Assembly (NCBI GenBank): GCA_045837725.1
Contig: JBEWZL010000151.1
Coordinates: 62,001-126,000, forward strand
Reading direction: 5' to 3'
Length of the DNA: 64,000 nucleotides
Origin: Vermamoeba vermiformis
Taxonomy: Eukaryota
Shown here: in pieces, positions 30,279-42,645 of the stretch
Position numbering within the stretch: the first letter of the stretch is position 1
Layout: every line of letters starts with the position of its first letter
Notes under the pieces: model-generated
What the model saw: the letters and a program-made list of their open reading frames with translations, nothing else
Databases searched by the model: none
What the model was told of the DNA's origin: nothing
Translations under genes and position numbers: made by a program

Positions 30279-33200
30279 ATGTCGATGTTCGGGAGGATTA
30301 TTATTATACATAAGGTACGTATTGAAGAGTTTTAAGTGGCTCGTTGCTAAATCTTCATCCAGAACGGTAAAGATGGGCCGACTTATTTCTTACGCCAGAG
30401 GCTTTGCACTATTGGAAAGTAAGTCAATATTATTTAATATAAGAGTAATACATATAACTAAACGTATTGATTTTAAAGGAGCCGTAATTGTAATATTCGA
30501 ATGAATTTGGATGAGGTCGCCGATCAACATGCCTGGATTACTGTGGATTCTAAAAACCAAGTAAGTTGTCAAATATAATATGCTGATTTATTATTATACG
30601 TACCCGTGCCTGTGTCTTGTTTGGATTCTTATAAACTGTTTTAGGTTTGGATTGCGAATTCAAGCGAGGGCAAAGAGCTCAAAGTAAATACGCGACCTGT
30701 ACCACCCGGAGGAAAACCAGCGATGCTGCATCATAATTCAATAATATTTATCGAGGGCAGAGCGTTCCGTTTTGAAGAAGGTAATTATTGCGTGATCACA
30801 AGCAAAAAATTCTTAGAAACGCACATTTAGTGGTTTTTGCAGATACCGTGCATTACCTTAATTGCTTTAAGTACATGACAATAATAATCGAACTTTTTTC
30901 GTACACGTTGACGTGTATTCAGAAGTTATTCCGTCGTGTTGCTGATCTGTTTTTTTGCAGAGTCGTGCTTGCAAGACAAAACCGGTTCTGATGCAGAATC
31001 TCCCTCCGAGAATATTGTCGTGGACAATAGTCCAGTGAAGGAGAAGCGACCAGTAATACCGGCTGCAGCAGACCAACAAAACAACCCGAGCAAATCCGAA
31101 CAACAAGCTGCGCCTTTACCTGCTGCTAGAACGAAGCTGAGTAGTGGACATGATCGTAGCAGTAGTGGCGAGAATAGTGCTAGTACTAAGGTTGGCACGA
31201 AGAGAACTCTGGCGCAGAGCTTTGATCACGTCGAAAGTTCGCCTTCGAAGAGACAACGAACGGATGCGGCAGCTGTATCGCGCTCTGCTGAAATCGCACT
31301 TAACAGCGGCATTGGCAAGCAAAAATTGACTGCGGTTCGCGAAGAGCAAGCAGCAGATCCAGCACCTCAAGTTTCGCCAACTAAAACGAATCCGCTTCAC
31401 AAAGTTCGGTTCCTTTTGCCTGGGCAATCCACGGAGCCGCATAAACCACCGAGTAGCAATTCCAACGGCAATGAACCTGGAAGCAACAATTCAATGAGCG
31501 CTCCTACCAGTCCTGTAAAGAGCAAATCTGGCCGCATCCAAAATTTCGATGACTCACAGAACGAGAGTGGCAGTGGTGCTGTATGGATGCGTAAAATGAA
31601 GAAGAAACTCGACGATGACGACGAGGAAGATGAAGACGACGATAATGGCGTGACTTCCTCTGAATTGGATCGCATCTCAAAGAGTACTTCGCCGGCAAAA
31701 CGAGGCTCGAAGTCTCCGAAGAAAGAACGCACTCCAAAGAAAGAAGATAAAGATAAGAAGAAGAAGGCCTCCACTCCTTCAACTTCTCCTCAAAAGAAGC
31801 GACCTCGATCTCCGAGCCCAGATTCAAGGTCCAGCGAAGAAGAGAGCGAGGAAGAGCGACAAAGCAAATCGAGCAAGAAAAAAAGTGCGAGTAAGGATAA
31901 GAAGAAGGACAAGAAGAGCTCTAAAGACAAGGATACTCTTCAAAGCAAGATTCGCAACATTGAATCCAGTACGATAAAATCAAAATCGAGCAAGAAGCGA
32001 AAGAACGAAGATAGTGACGAAGAGGTCACTAAAAAGTCCAAATCGAAGCATAAGACAAGTAAGAAGTCGAAATCGGCCGAAAAGGATCGTCATCAAAAGA
32101 AACGAAGTCTTCGCGTGCGCAGATCGAAGAAAAAAGTCTCTTTGAGCTCTGAAGAATCGATCTCTAGCGAAGAATACGACTTTAATAGTGAATCAGAAGA
32201 AGAGAGCAGTAGCGAAGAGGAGTCTGTTAGTTCTGTTTCTAGCAGCGATGACTTCCAAGAGTCGCCTAAGAAGACCAAATCCAGCTCGCCGAAGAAACGA
32301 AAAGTTAAAGAGAGCTTGGAGAGCATTAGCGAAGAAAGCGATAGCGACGAGAAACACAAGTCAAAGACTAAGAAGCGTAAATTGCAAGTTGAGCCTGTTA
32401 AGCCAAAGCAATCCACATCCGCCAATCACTCGCCGACAAAGACTAAGAAAAAAGAGCCTAGTAGCGACAGTGACGTATCCGGAGAAGTGCAACACGAGTC
32501 TCGTCAGAGCGAGGAGGACGAGAATAATTCAAGAAAAGAATCGAAAGAGACTCGTAGAGAGTCTTTCAAAGCTTTCTTGAAGCCCTTAGCTCACAGAAAG
32601 GCTACTGAAGTGGTTGTTATGAAGGAAGAAGTAATTGAGAAAGAAGACGAGGCTGGTAAGAGGCCCCTAAATAATTCCAAAGGGATCGCGTACTGACTTT
32701 TTTGGATTCAGATGCACCAACTTCCTTCCCTCCAAATCGACCAAGGACGAACCAAACCTATTCTAAGAAGGATAGAGCCGAGGTGAACGTTAAAAGCACT
32801 ATTAACCTTGCACCAATCAAACCCAATCCTGCTGCGGATCTTGAAGAAGAGCTTGAAGAGCAGATCGAAGAAGAGGAACAACAAGACAATGGCTCTGAGT
32901 TCGTCAAAATAGGCAAGAAGGTCCAGTTCAACGACAAGCAGCCTTCACCTATCGCCGTTGATTCTGTTAGCGGCAGTGCTAGCTACTCGTCTCATTCGCA
33001 ATCTCAAAGCAGATCTGCTATTCCAAGTTTCCTCGAAACACAAAACCAAGGCAAGAGTTTCGTAATGGTCCATGGCCTGCCTTCTCAAATGACTCAACGA
33101 CAATCACTGTACTCGCCACAACTTTCTCAGTCTCCTTCAAGTGACCTAGAAGGCAATGCTCATGCGAGTAAAGATGAGGCCGCTGAAGGTCACGAAGACA

Positions 33201-35310
33201 AAGAAGACAAGATGGAGCTGGAGAAGCAAGAAGCAGCTGAGATCCGTAGCACACCCGTGCCGAGACAGTCTCAGCAAGGTGCTTCAATGTGCTTGTTTTC
33301 TGATGCCAAAGAAGACGAGTACGACGACAATAACAATGTCAGAAATAACAATCACGAGGATAAGATGGAAGAAGATTACGATGAAGATCAAAGCACCCTT
33401 GTTGTTGATCGCGTTGATAAGAGCCAACATCTTATTAATAACGAAGAACACGAGCATGCACACGATCAGAGTAACACAAAGTCACGTGACCAATCGTTGA
33501 CTGAGCTCATGGAGGCCTCTACATTGATCGTAGACACCGTTCCTGATACTCCTATGCAAAGACAAGGCTCACGATCGATCTCTAAGTCCAAGTCCAGCGA
33601 GTCAGTCAACACGAGTCTGATGAGCCATGAAGGCAATGTCAGCAGCGCCGCTACGAATCCTTTGAGCCTCGGAAGCAGGAGCAGCAACACAGCCAAGCTA
33701 GATGATACTACACATACTACTAGCACGTCTATCGGTGCTCAAACTAGTGCTGGATCCTCGTATGAAAGTCTGTCGATTGAAGAAAAAATCGAGTTTATCA
33801 AGCCAAAGATGAAAACTGAGGAAGTTAACAGCATTGATGATTTGCAGAAAAGAGTTATTGTTGCATTTCATGAGTTAGGATGCGACGAGCCTCAATTACT
33901 TGACGATATTATTAGGACAGCTTCGGAGTAAGTTTTAAGTTTATTCGCCTAAAAAGGAAATATTAATCGAAATATACTTTTCAAAGATTATTGCCCGAAA
34001 ATTACGTGGCTAATACGCCAAGCTGGCAAACCGATTTAGCGACTGCTATGATGCCTTTAGTATCGAACATTATCATTTCTGATGTTCAGTACTTTAAGCT
34101 GAAAGCTCAATATAGAAAGAGCAAACAGGCTAATGAACGTGAGCATGAACAGTTTGACGAACAAGAAGAAGAACAAAACGAGCAGCAGATCGAGAACAAT
34201 TTTTCGTTCATTCCGGTCAAATCCGCTTCACTGAACGGAGCTAATAATAGCAACATCAAGAGTCATAGCAGTAGTAGCAGATCGCCATCGATTCCGTTGC
34301 AGTCTATCCAATCATACGAAAGCGATCAAATTGCAAATGTTGCCTCGATCCCGCTCAATGCTGGCGGAAAATTCTCGCAACATTTTGAAGAGCCACGTGA
34401 TCAAATGAACGAGGATGGAGAACAAGATGAGCAATTTAGCGAAGAGGAGGTTGCAAATGAAAATGACGACGAAAATGAACGGGATCTGCAGCAAGAAGCG
34501 AAGAAAATGACGAGTCAAAATATGAGCCAGAATGGATTGAAACTAGTGAATTATAGCAACAGCGAAAGTGCGCACAATAATCATAGTAACGATCAAGAGC
34601 CACGGCCATCACCTTCTGATGAAGAAAATAGCGAGCAAGAGGAAGAAAAAAATTCTCAATTTGTGGCGCAGCAAAAACTCAGCCAGAAAGAGCTTGAAAC
34701 GCAACATTATTCTCAGAATAGCAGAAAGAGCTCAAGTCATAGTCAGGGAAGTCGTAGTGGGTCGCAACACAGTCAGCCTAAGTTGAACGAATCTGGTTCA
34801 AAAGTGCGATCTGCAACGGATCAGCTGCGAAGCGAACTTAACAAGGGCATGGATATATTGAAGTCTATTGTGGTCAAACAGAAAGAACCTAATGCTATTC
34901 GCAAATGGAAACGAGGTAAGTTACTTGGATCTCCCGGATTCCACCGTTCTAACTGATCTTGTAGAGCTTAACATTCAACTCAGAGGCAATTACTTGCTAT
35001 GCGGAGGCCTTAAGGATAATGGTACGATATTGACTATATTGTTATTGACATTAGTACTAACGTTGAGTTTGTTACAGAGGTGCGGATCTTGCTTCAGGTT
35101 TTGTTGGACGAATTGCCCGATGTGAGTTTAGAGTTCATTGTCTCAAAATTATTTTCAACGGCTGTAGTCACTATCATGCTCGCTAGAAATCCAGGCACTA
35201 AGCACGAAGAGGTCATGCAACAAGTTGGTGAGAGATGTGTTGCTTTGAAAGTCGTTGGAGATGACGTCGCTGATTGGCAGTTGACTGATGTGCTAAATAA
35301 GGAAGGATAG
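30279..35310 (+). CDS. Ki-67-like protein: N-terminal FHA domain, about 1300 aa of mostly charged low-complexity sequence, small C-terminal domain (~1480 aa, 9 exons)
   Basis: Exons 1-4 give MSMFGRIIIIHKNGKDGPTYFLRQRLCTIGRSRNCNIRMNLDEVADQHAWI...LHHNSIIFIEGRAFRFEE; the long ORFs at 30936, 32702 and 33991 splice in frame; KVRF and KVQF motifs present. Confidence 0.85.
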
Positions 35311-35390
35311 ATACTATAGATAATAACCATATTAAGCGAGGATGAAGATTTGTGGAGCAGATCCGGATCGTCCGAACAAAATTGCAAATT

Positions 35391-35987
35391 TTACAGTTTA
35401 CTTCGAACAGACGATGAAGTTAACAATGGATCAGTATTTTTGTTACTATTATAGTCAGTACTTGTTAAATAATAAACGGGGTGCATCAATCCTGTTGGTG
35501 GATAAAGTACGGTGCCCATCGGTGTCATTTTTAAGTGTTTTGTAATGACGGATCTGGATTGGTTGTTCTTAGGATGATGCAAGCTAATTATTTTCGGTAT
35601 TTTAAGCGTATTAAATGTATGATTTAAAACTGCTGTTGTTGCTTCGGGTGCGATTCCTTTACCCCAAAATTTTTTGAGCAGATGCGCTCCCATTTCTATT
35701 TCGCCAAGGATAGTAGAATATACAGCATGAATACCACAGCATCCAATAAACTCGCCCGTTGGCCTATAATACATTGCCCAATATTGCAGACCGGATTTGT
35801 TCAGCTCGTCCAATTCAAGCTCGAATCGTTTCTGCACTTTTTCTTCGCTAAATGGTCCTCCTATAAGTGCTGTAACGTATTCACTGCCCCATAGCGTCTT
35901 TGCGTTGTGAATGTCGTTGGGTGTCCAAATCCGAAACTCGATCCTATCTGTTGGCGATGGAACATCAGATGGATATTTTTGTGACAT
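35391..35987 (-). CDS. GNAT acetyltransferase (RimJ/RimL-like), intronless, PTS1
   Basis: TDRIEFRIW, FIGCCG, EIEMGAHLLKKFWGKGIAPEA, HHPKNNQSRSV; ends in -SKL. Confidence 0.92.
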   Translation of the reverse strand: MSQKYPSDVPSPTDRIEFRIWTPNDIHNAKTLWGSEYVTALIGGPFSEEKVQKRFELELDELNKSGLQYWAMYYRPTGEFIGCCGIHAVYSTILGEIEMGAHLLKKFWGKGIAPEATTAVLNHTFNTLKIPKIISLHHPKNNQSRSVITKHLKMTPMGTVLYPPTGLMHPVYYLTSTDYNSNKNTDPLLTSSSVRSKL

Positions 35988-36490
35988 CTATAAACGTAAT
36001 TCATTAAAAATTAAATGGAGTTCGAAAAATAAGGGTGTTGTGCGCGAGGCGCCGCCTAGTAGCTGGATCTATTTCTAAATTGGCACGTATGCCGAAAAAA
36101 TACAAATATGAAAGAGAATTATCCATAATTAGTAGAATAATATACTTAGGGTTTACTTAATTTAATTGATTTTGCAACGGCTTGATATTTTATTTTGATC
36201 TCATTATCTACTGGATCCAGCAATCAAAAGCAACGTTGGATAGGTAAAAATAGTAATGAAATTATGCAATTTGACTTACTGTTATTAATAAAAGTCTTCT
36301 GAGCTGCAGTGGTCGATCTGCCAGTTGACACGTGCATTTGATTTTCTTTCAAAAGTGAATCTTAGAGCTAAAAGTTATTTCAAAGTTTAAAGGATCAATG
36401 ATAGATTATATTATTAGGTGCTATTTAATAGTCAGTGCGATATTAACGATTAAAATTTTGCGTGTCTCGGATCTGATCTTGATTTTTAAT

Positions 36491-37060
36491 TTATTTTGAA
36501 CTTTTTGATGGTTCTAATGCCATATTCTTATAGTCAGTATTATTAATGTAATATACAGGGTGTCTTAATCCAGTTGGCGGATAAAATACGTCGCCCATGG
36601 GCGTCATTTTCAGTTTGTTCATAATGATAGCTTGCGAAGCCTTATTATTCGGATGATGGCCAGCTATAATTTTAGTATATTTAAGTGTATTAAATGCGTG
36701 GTCTAGAACTGCTAAAGCTGCTTCAGATGCGATCCCTTGGCCCCAATACTTTGTACAAAGGTGATAACCGAGTTCTATGTCGCCAGGAATAGCCGAGTGC
36801 ACAGATTTAATACCACAGCATCCAATAAAGTCGCCTGCTGAGCGATCGTACATTGCCCAATATTGCAAACCGGATTTGCTTAATTCATCCAATTCGAGTT
36901 CGAACCGTTTTTGTATTCTTTCGGGTGTAAATGGTCCTCCTAATAATTCTGTTACTTTATCGTCGCCCCATAGCGCTGTTGCGTTGTGAATGTCATTGGG
37001 TGTCCAAATCCGAAATTCGATCCGGTTTGTTGGCTGTGGAACGAGGTAATTTTGCGCCAT
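36491..37060 (-). CDS. GNAT acetyltransferase (RimJ/RimL-like), intronless tandem paralog
   Basis: DIELGYHLCTKYWGQGIASEA, GHHPNNKAS, YPPTGLRHPVY; clearly paralogous to 35391-35987. Confidence 0.92.
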   Translation of the reverse strand: MAQNYLVPQPTNRIEFRIWTPNDIHNATALWGDDKVTELLGGPFTPERIQKRFELELDELSKSGLQYWAMYDRSAGDFIGCCGIKSVHSAIPGDIELGYHLCTKYWGQGIASEAALAVLDHAFNTLKYTKIIAGHHPNNKASQAIIMNKLKMTPMGDVFYPPTGLRHPVYYINNTDYKNMALEPSKSSK

Positions 37061-37759
37061 AATATGTCTGACCTATAAAATAAATTGATCAATAAATATT
37101 CGCAATATTTGATTGTGTTTTAACGGTTCCATGATGCCGTTATTGACTGGATCCGTCACAGCATTTGTTTTTAACGTTAATCCTCGTGCATGTCATTAAT
37201 AAATATGTATTTAATTTCATAATTGAAGTAAAGCAATTAAGACTGCTTCGCTAAGCCGGATGGCGTAAGTGCGGATCGGGACCGAACGTAAGTGAGTTTG
37301 TAATTGAGGGCCGAACCGCAATTGCTTGATAAAACATTAATAACGAATATCATACCGTTATTTGATTGCTGGAAGATGTTGTGGTCTTGGGTCCGATCGG
37401 CAAATTTATTCTGACGCATTTAGCTGCTCTAACTGCATCGTTTTTCGAGGCAAATTTCGACTTAATATAAATAAATAGGCCTTGAATGCATTTGGCGGCG
37501 CATTTTGCCTTCATTAAGGTAATCTAACAGTCTGTTCATCTGCGGATTGTAAGAATGCAAGAATTTCAGCGGCATAATGTCGTAGCTGTATGAGTACAAT
37601 ACTTGGAATTACCGGAGTTGTGTCGGATCTAATCAACTCGGCAAAATTTGCGAGTTTTCAGTGTTTTTTTTCCTTTTCAGCCGGGCCCGTTCAATTTTTG
37701 TCACTTTCATTCCCGAAATCAACCGTAAACAACACCTCGTATATACTTGTTAATTCACT

Positions 37760-39375
37760 ATGAATCGCGGTGGTAGAAAGAACGCAGGCGTAATTAATGC
37801 CCAGCAAGTGATCAATGAATACATTATTGATCGAGATCTGAAGAAGATTACCAACGCTATTAACCTCTTGGACCGCAAATTCTACGAGTCTCTTTATCAA
37901 GCTGTAGAAGGCGAGAGCATGGACGAAAAATTTCAACGTTTGCTTGTCGCAGATGAAGCCCTTGGACAGAAAGAAAGCTTAGAACTGTTCTTCGCTAGCG
38001 AACAGTTCGACGATCTACATTAGTATATAGTTTTAATAAGTGAAAAGCTATTCCGTGATGCCGAGTCTTCTTTCGGCTGAGCAGATGGCGCGATATTTTT
38101 TGGAATTGTTGTAAATGGCATTGTAACTCACGAACCGAATTGTAGTATATGTAAGATTGATATAAATATATTCTCATATTTAAACTGTGGCTTCTTTTTT
38201 TATTCTGACTCATCTTCATCCGAAACTTGATCCCTGACCGATTGAAGGAGCGAAAAACTGCTAGCATAGGTATCATATATTATTTTACGATATTTAGTGG
38301 TTCCTCGTTGGCGCCGGCGTTGAACCTGAATAAATCCGCAGATCTTGGTTTTGGCGCTTTCAAGAGGAGAACAGACCGAGCAAAAAGGATAGATTGCATC
38401 CATATAGTAAGATAGCACTATTGTTTCGTGTGATTATAAGGCTCCTGTCGATTTTAAATTCCGCCTTTCATGTTTAATTAATCGCATCTGGACAACAACA
38501 GAAACTCCGATAAGATTAATATTAAATGGGCGATTTTTCTAAGAAGAGTCTTTGCGCTGGCTTGATGAGCGCTGTTATGGCTGGTTAGTCCTGTTTAAAA
38601 AAGTTTTTTAGATTGCATCCCGCCAATCGATCCAAACATGTTAAATTTGTGATTAATACCAAATATATATTCATGCGTTAGATGTCGTTAATTTAAATCG
38701 GCCAGATCTTCGTTTCAGTGAATTTATTTGTTTCTTATTCCCACAGGTAATCCAGTCGTTCTTCAAGGCTTAATGGCGCAAGGAGCTGATGTTAATTATT
38801 GCAGCACCTTATTTATTAATGCAAATAATGATAATAAAGCCAGACTGTCAGATCAGCAAACTTATTTCGCGTATGTACTTCCAGATCTAACAATCTTTTG
38901 CATGCTTTAATAATAGAATTAATATTTAATTATTAGACGTCAAGATGGCGCTCGTACGGAATTTTCAATGTCTCCATCCGCAACTCACGGCATGAGTTTA
39001 CTTAATTATGCGATTCTTGGAGCAGCTCTCCCGTATAAAAAAGAAAATTTAGAGCCTAGAATGAAGACCATTGCATTATTATCGTCATTGGGCATTAATA
39101 AGGCTACCGGAGTTAATAACAAATGGACACCACTACACGTCGCGAGCCAAATCTGCCAACCTGAACTCAGTAAGCGCTAAATCTTACAAAAATAGCATTT
39201 TATAATGGTATTGTATTTAGTACTGCTTCTGTTAAGTATGGGAGCAGATCCAATGGTTACATCTGACAAGGGACTTACGGGTCCAGAAATGGTGCCAAAA
39301 TGGTGTCCTGAAGGCTTAGAAGCATATAGATTTTATTATACTAATGCTCCTGAAAAGCCAAAGAAGAAGAAATAG
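37760..39375 (+). CDS. Ankyrin-repeat protein, multi-exon (middle exons uncertain)
   Basis: LMAQGADVNY, SLLNYAIL, KWTPLHVASQ...LLSMGADP; ends in PKKKK*. Confidence 0.7.
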
Positions 39376-39413
39376 CGCTGCTCAACTGCCCTGTTTAAAC
39401 GAGTACATCTGCT

Positions 39414-40780
39414 TTAATAGAGAGCTGTCGACAAAAATAGCAGTAGCATCATAGGAACATTAATACTATGAGCTAAGCTTACAATTCCATCTTGCGGAGT
39501 TAGTTGGTTGCATGTTTTAGCTTGGCAGATCGGATGGGCGTAAAGAGAGCAGATGTAGTTAGGAAAGTCTTGGCCAGAACAGGAATAGAACAGTAAGCTA
39601 TTGTCATTTTGCACTACGTTCATGCCGAATAAAACATTGTTATTATCAGCTCTAATGTCTGCTGTCGCCTGCCATTCTGAACTGGAGTTAGATTTGGTCA
39701 CTACTGTCGCAGATCCGCCGGTCAGAACGGTGCTCGAATTAAAGCTTCCGTCAAATGGGGATGATACTAAGATGGTATTTTCATCAAGTATGTTGATAAG
39801 ATACCCAAAATATTGATGTTCAGATCCAGAAATTGTGTTTGTTAAACTCCATCCGGATGCACTTTTGACGAATACCCACAGAGCGCCGAAAGTTTCATTA
39901 GCTTCATAATTGCTTAAGAAGAGTGTATCCTCGCCGTTCCAAGCAACGTTATATGGGTGGTAAGTATCACTGTCATATACCATCGTCAAATCAGAGCGTA
40001 AATTCCACGTGCTGTCACTAGTTTGACGTTCGAAAAAGTACACTGAATTATTCATCGGCTCAATGCCTACAATGAAGCTATCGCTTATATAAATCGATGG
40101 ACTATCATTACTAATCGTTAAAGTGCTGAAAGTTAATGGTGATTCGTTGACGATCTGCCATCCGTTATCACGTTTTTGGAAAGTGGATACTTTTGATGGT
40201 GTTATGGCTAAAAATGAATCATCGGATAAAATCTTCGTAATTAATCCGAAGCTATCATCTGGTAAGCCTTCAATAGTCGCAGAATCTATTGTATTTCCAT
40301 TTACGTCCAACTTGAAAATTTCTGCAATGTTACTTGTCGGATCCACAACGCTAAACCAACGTCCGTTTGTGACTAGTTCGACTAAAGCATATTCATTTCC
40401 AGAATAGACTCGTTCGTACTGGCCTTCCATGTTGCGTTTCAAAATGGATGTAGTAAAATTGTTTGGTCCTTCGAGCACCATAGCGTAGTCTCCGCCAGCT
40501 GATATAACTGTATATCCATATCCAAAAGCGGCACTAGCAGGAGATGCTAGAAAAGCCTATTTGAATAACCGAATATTAATTTAATTAAAGTCATAAAATG
40601 AAGCGACATCCGCCGAAACATGGCAGGTTTGACATTCGATAAGACATCAGATTGACAATTAATATTAACCTACTTCATTTTAGAGGTGGTTACGAAAGAT
40701 TTTGTGGAACTTACCGTTGCTTCAGATGCGACAACAGAGAAAGCAATTGACAGTACGAATAAGCCAACCAAAATCTGCAT
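39414..40780 (-). CDS. Secreted, probably GPI-anchored beta-propeller (FG-GAP-like) glycoprotein
   Basis: Signal exon MQILVGLFVLSIAFSVVAS; repeats such as FGYGYTV, GALWVF..SGWSL, YFGYLI..VSSP and LFGMNV; hydrophobic C-terminus with no cytosolic tail. Confidence 0.75.
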
Positions 40781-41207
40781 TATTATAGATTATTCTGAGG
40801 TAAGTTGTGTTCGTATTCTACAAATTTAATCAATCGTGAATAGCGCAAGATTAATTAATTGAAAGTGTGTGTCACAAAACTTAAATTACAAGCGAAATCT
40901 ACCTAGCTTCTTATACACACCGGAGGCCTGCGCGGTGCTCGAATTTGTGCAGTATTTCAACTTGTTAGCCATATTAGCGCTTAAACTGGGCATTACACAA
41001 ATTTTTGTAGTGATTGCAATTCATAGTTAAATTTTGTGCGTCAGAATTGACCTGTTTTTCTAAAGCGATCTCGTAATTCGATACAAACGCGTGGTTATTA
41101 GTTAAATCTTTTCTCAGTCATCAAAACGTGGATAAAAGAAATAATATTTTCTTTATTTAATTGTTAACGATTTTTAAGGTGGGAAATTGTTACGGAATTA
41201 TTTTCAG

Positions 41208-41897
41208 AGCTTAACACGCTTACTGCTTATGGTCCTACTTATGGTCCACTTGAAGGAGGTAATGCTTATTGAAGGAAGGTTCGTTGATGGCTTCAAGGGC
41301 TGCAACCCGGATCTGGATGCCGAGGACCAACCTTGCGCATGGCTACTTTGGTTATGATAACTCGGGCTGTTCCAGCTACTATCGAGTCGTCTACTTCTGC
41401 TAAGTAAGTTTATATCATCCGCCTGGTACTTATTCTAATTACATTTGTTCGTCAGATGTACGGTGCCAAGCTGGGTATCGTTGGACTTCAAAAATCGTAC
41501 CGTGGAAGTATGGTTGTCAATGAACTACTTCATTGCGGTTGGTCCATTGAATTACGAGTTCAGAGAAGACGGTAAGCATTCCGCAGATCAGATTTGAAAA
41601 TTTGTTTGTGGCCGGATCTGAACTTTTCGTCCTCTCCATTGATCGTACTAACCATAGCGATATTTAGTTGGTCCTATTGGCGATGTTCCATTGACTGAGT
41701 CAAAGCTTTCGTTCCCGCCAAATAATGCGCCAGTTGCCAGCGTCAGATCACCGTCGAAAACTCCCGCGAAAGTTTCTGACGCTAATATTCATCAAGGTAC
41801 GCTGTAATGTAGCATAACATCGATTGAACTAACCTATTATTTAGGCGTCTCATTGGTAGTTTCTTTGCTGCTTGCTGTATTCGTAATGGCAATGTAA
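41208..41897 (+). pseudogene. Frameshifted IPT/TIG-like GPI-anchored surface protein gene
   Basis: GPTYGPLEGG, MLIEGRF and AVPATIESSTSAKCTVP require frameshifts to join; later exons are intact, ending GVSLVVSLLLAVFVMAM*; no start exon found. Confidence 0.6.
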
Positions 41898-42040
41898 AAT
41901 CTTTTGTTGTCATTTAAATTCTTTTTTGGACCTCGCTTCGAACGATTGTTCTTCAGGCTATTGCTCGCAACATATCTGCAGTAAGTCTTCCACGGTCACG
42001 TGATTTCCTAATATGACAAGGCTAACAATGATGATTACAG

Positions 42041-42388
42041 GCACGCTACCCGCACCTATCCCTACTCCAACGCGGTACCTATCGCTGCTCCAGTTAATAC
42101 GCCCGTTCATGAAACACCGGTCACTCCGCCAGTCACTGCGCCAGTCAGCGCGCCAGAAACAGTTAATCCACCAATCAACAACGTACCTGAGCCTATTGCT
42201 TCACCCGTTCCTGTTCCTGTGAGCAACGCACCTGTCCAGGCTGGCAGCTAGTAAATCAGTTTTAAATGCTAGTCGTTGTTCGTTTATCAGTGAAGCGTCA
42301 CGTGGTTTCTCCGTCTGAGAAAGGTAGGAAAAAGTAGTACGCTGTTCAGTTTCGGTTGGTCCATTGCACTACGGCTTCGAAGAAGGAG
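42041..42388 (+). pseudogene. Fragments of a second related surface-protein gene (Pro/Val/Thr stalk plus TIG-end exon)
   Basis: APVNTPVHETPVTPPVTAPVSAP stalk; SVGPLHYGFEEG followed by a GT donor resembles AVGPLNYEFRED of the upstream relic. Confidence 0.5.
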
Positions 42389-42645
42389 GTAATTCAAACT
42401 ACTCCGTACTTGTGGCTCTTGATAGAAAAATTTCTCGAAGCGGATCTGAGACTTGGGTTCATGATCTGATCCTATGGAATGTGAAATCTTCTTCGAGTTG
42501 CTATTAACAAGTTTTTATTCATTTTTCAATCTTCAATAAATAAAACATTCGTTCTAACGGTTACTAATAAACATCACTCGCGTAAATTTGCTGCCGATAT
42601 CTGACGTGAAAAAAACATTGACACGTGTCAAATCACATGTCGCTG

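Noticed and set aside
30926-34786. Overlapping antisense and alternate-frame ORFs in the Ki-67-like gene and elsewhere in the ORF track
   Set aside because: They are shadows of low-complexity coding sequence with no domain motifs, and many use non-ATG starts.
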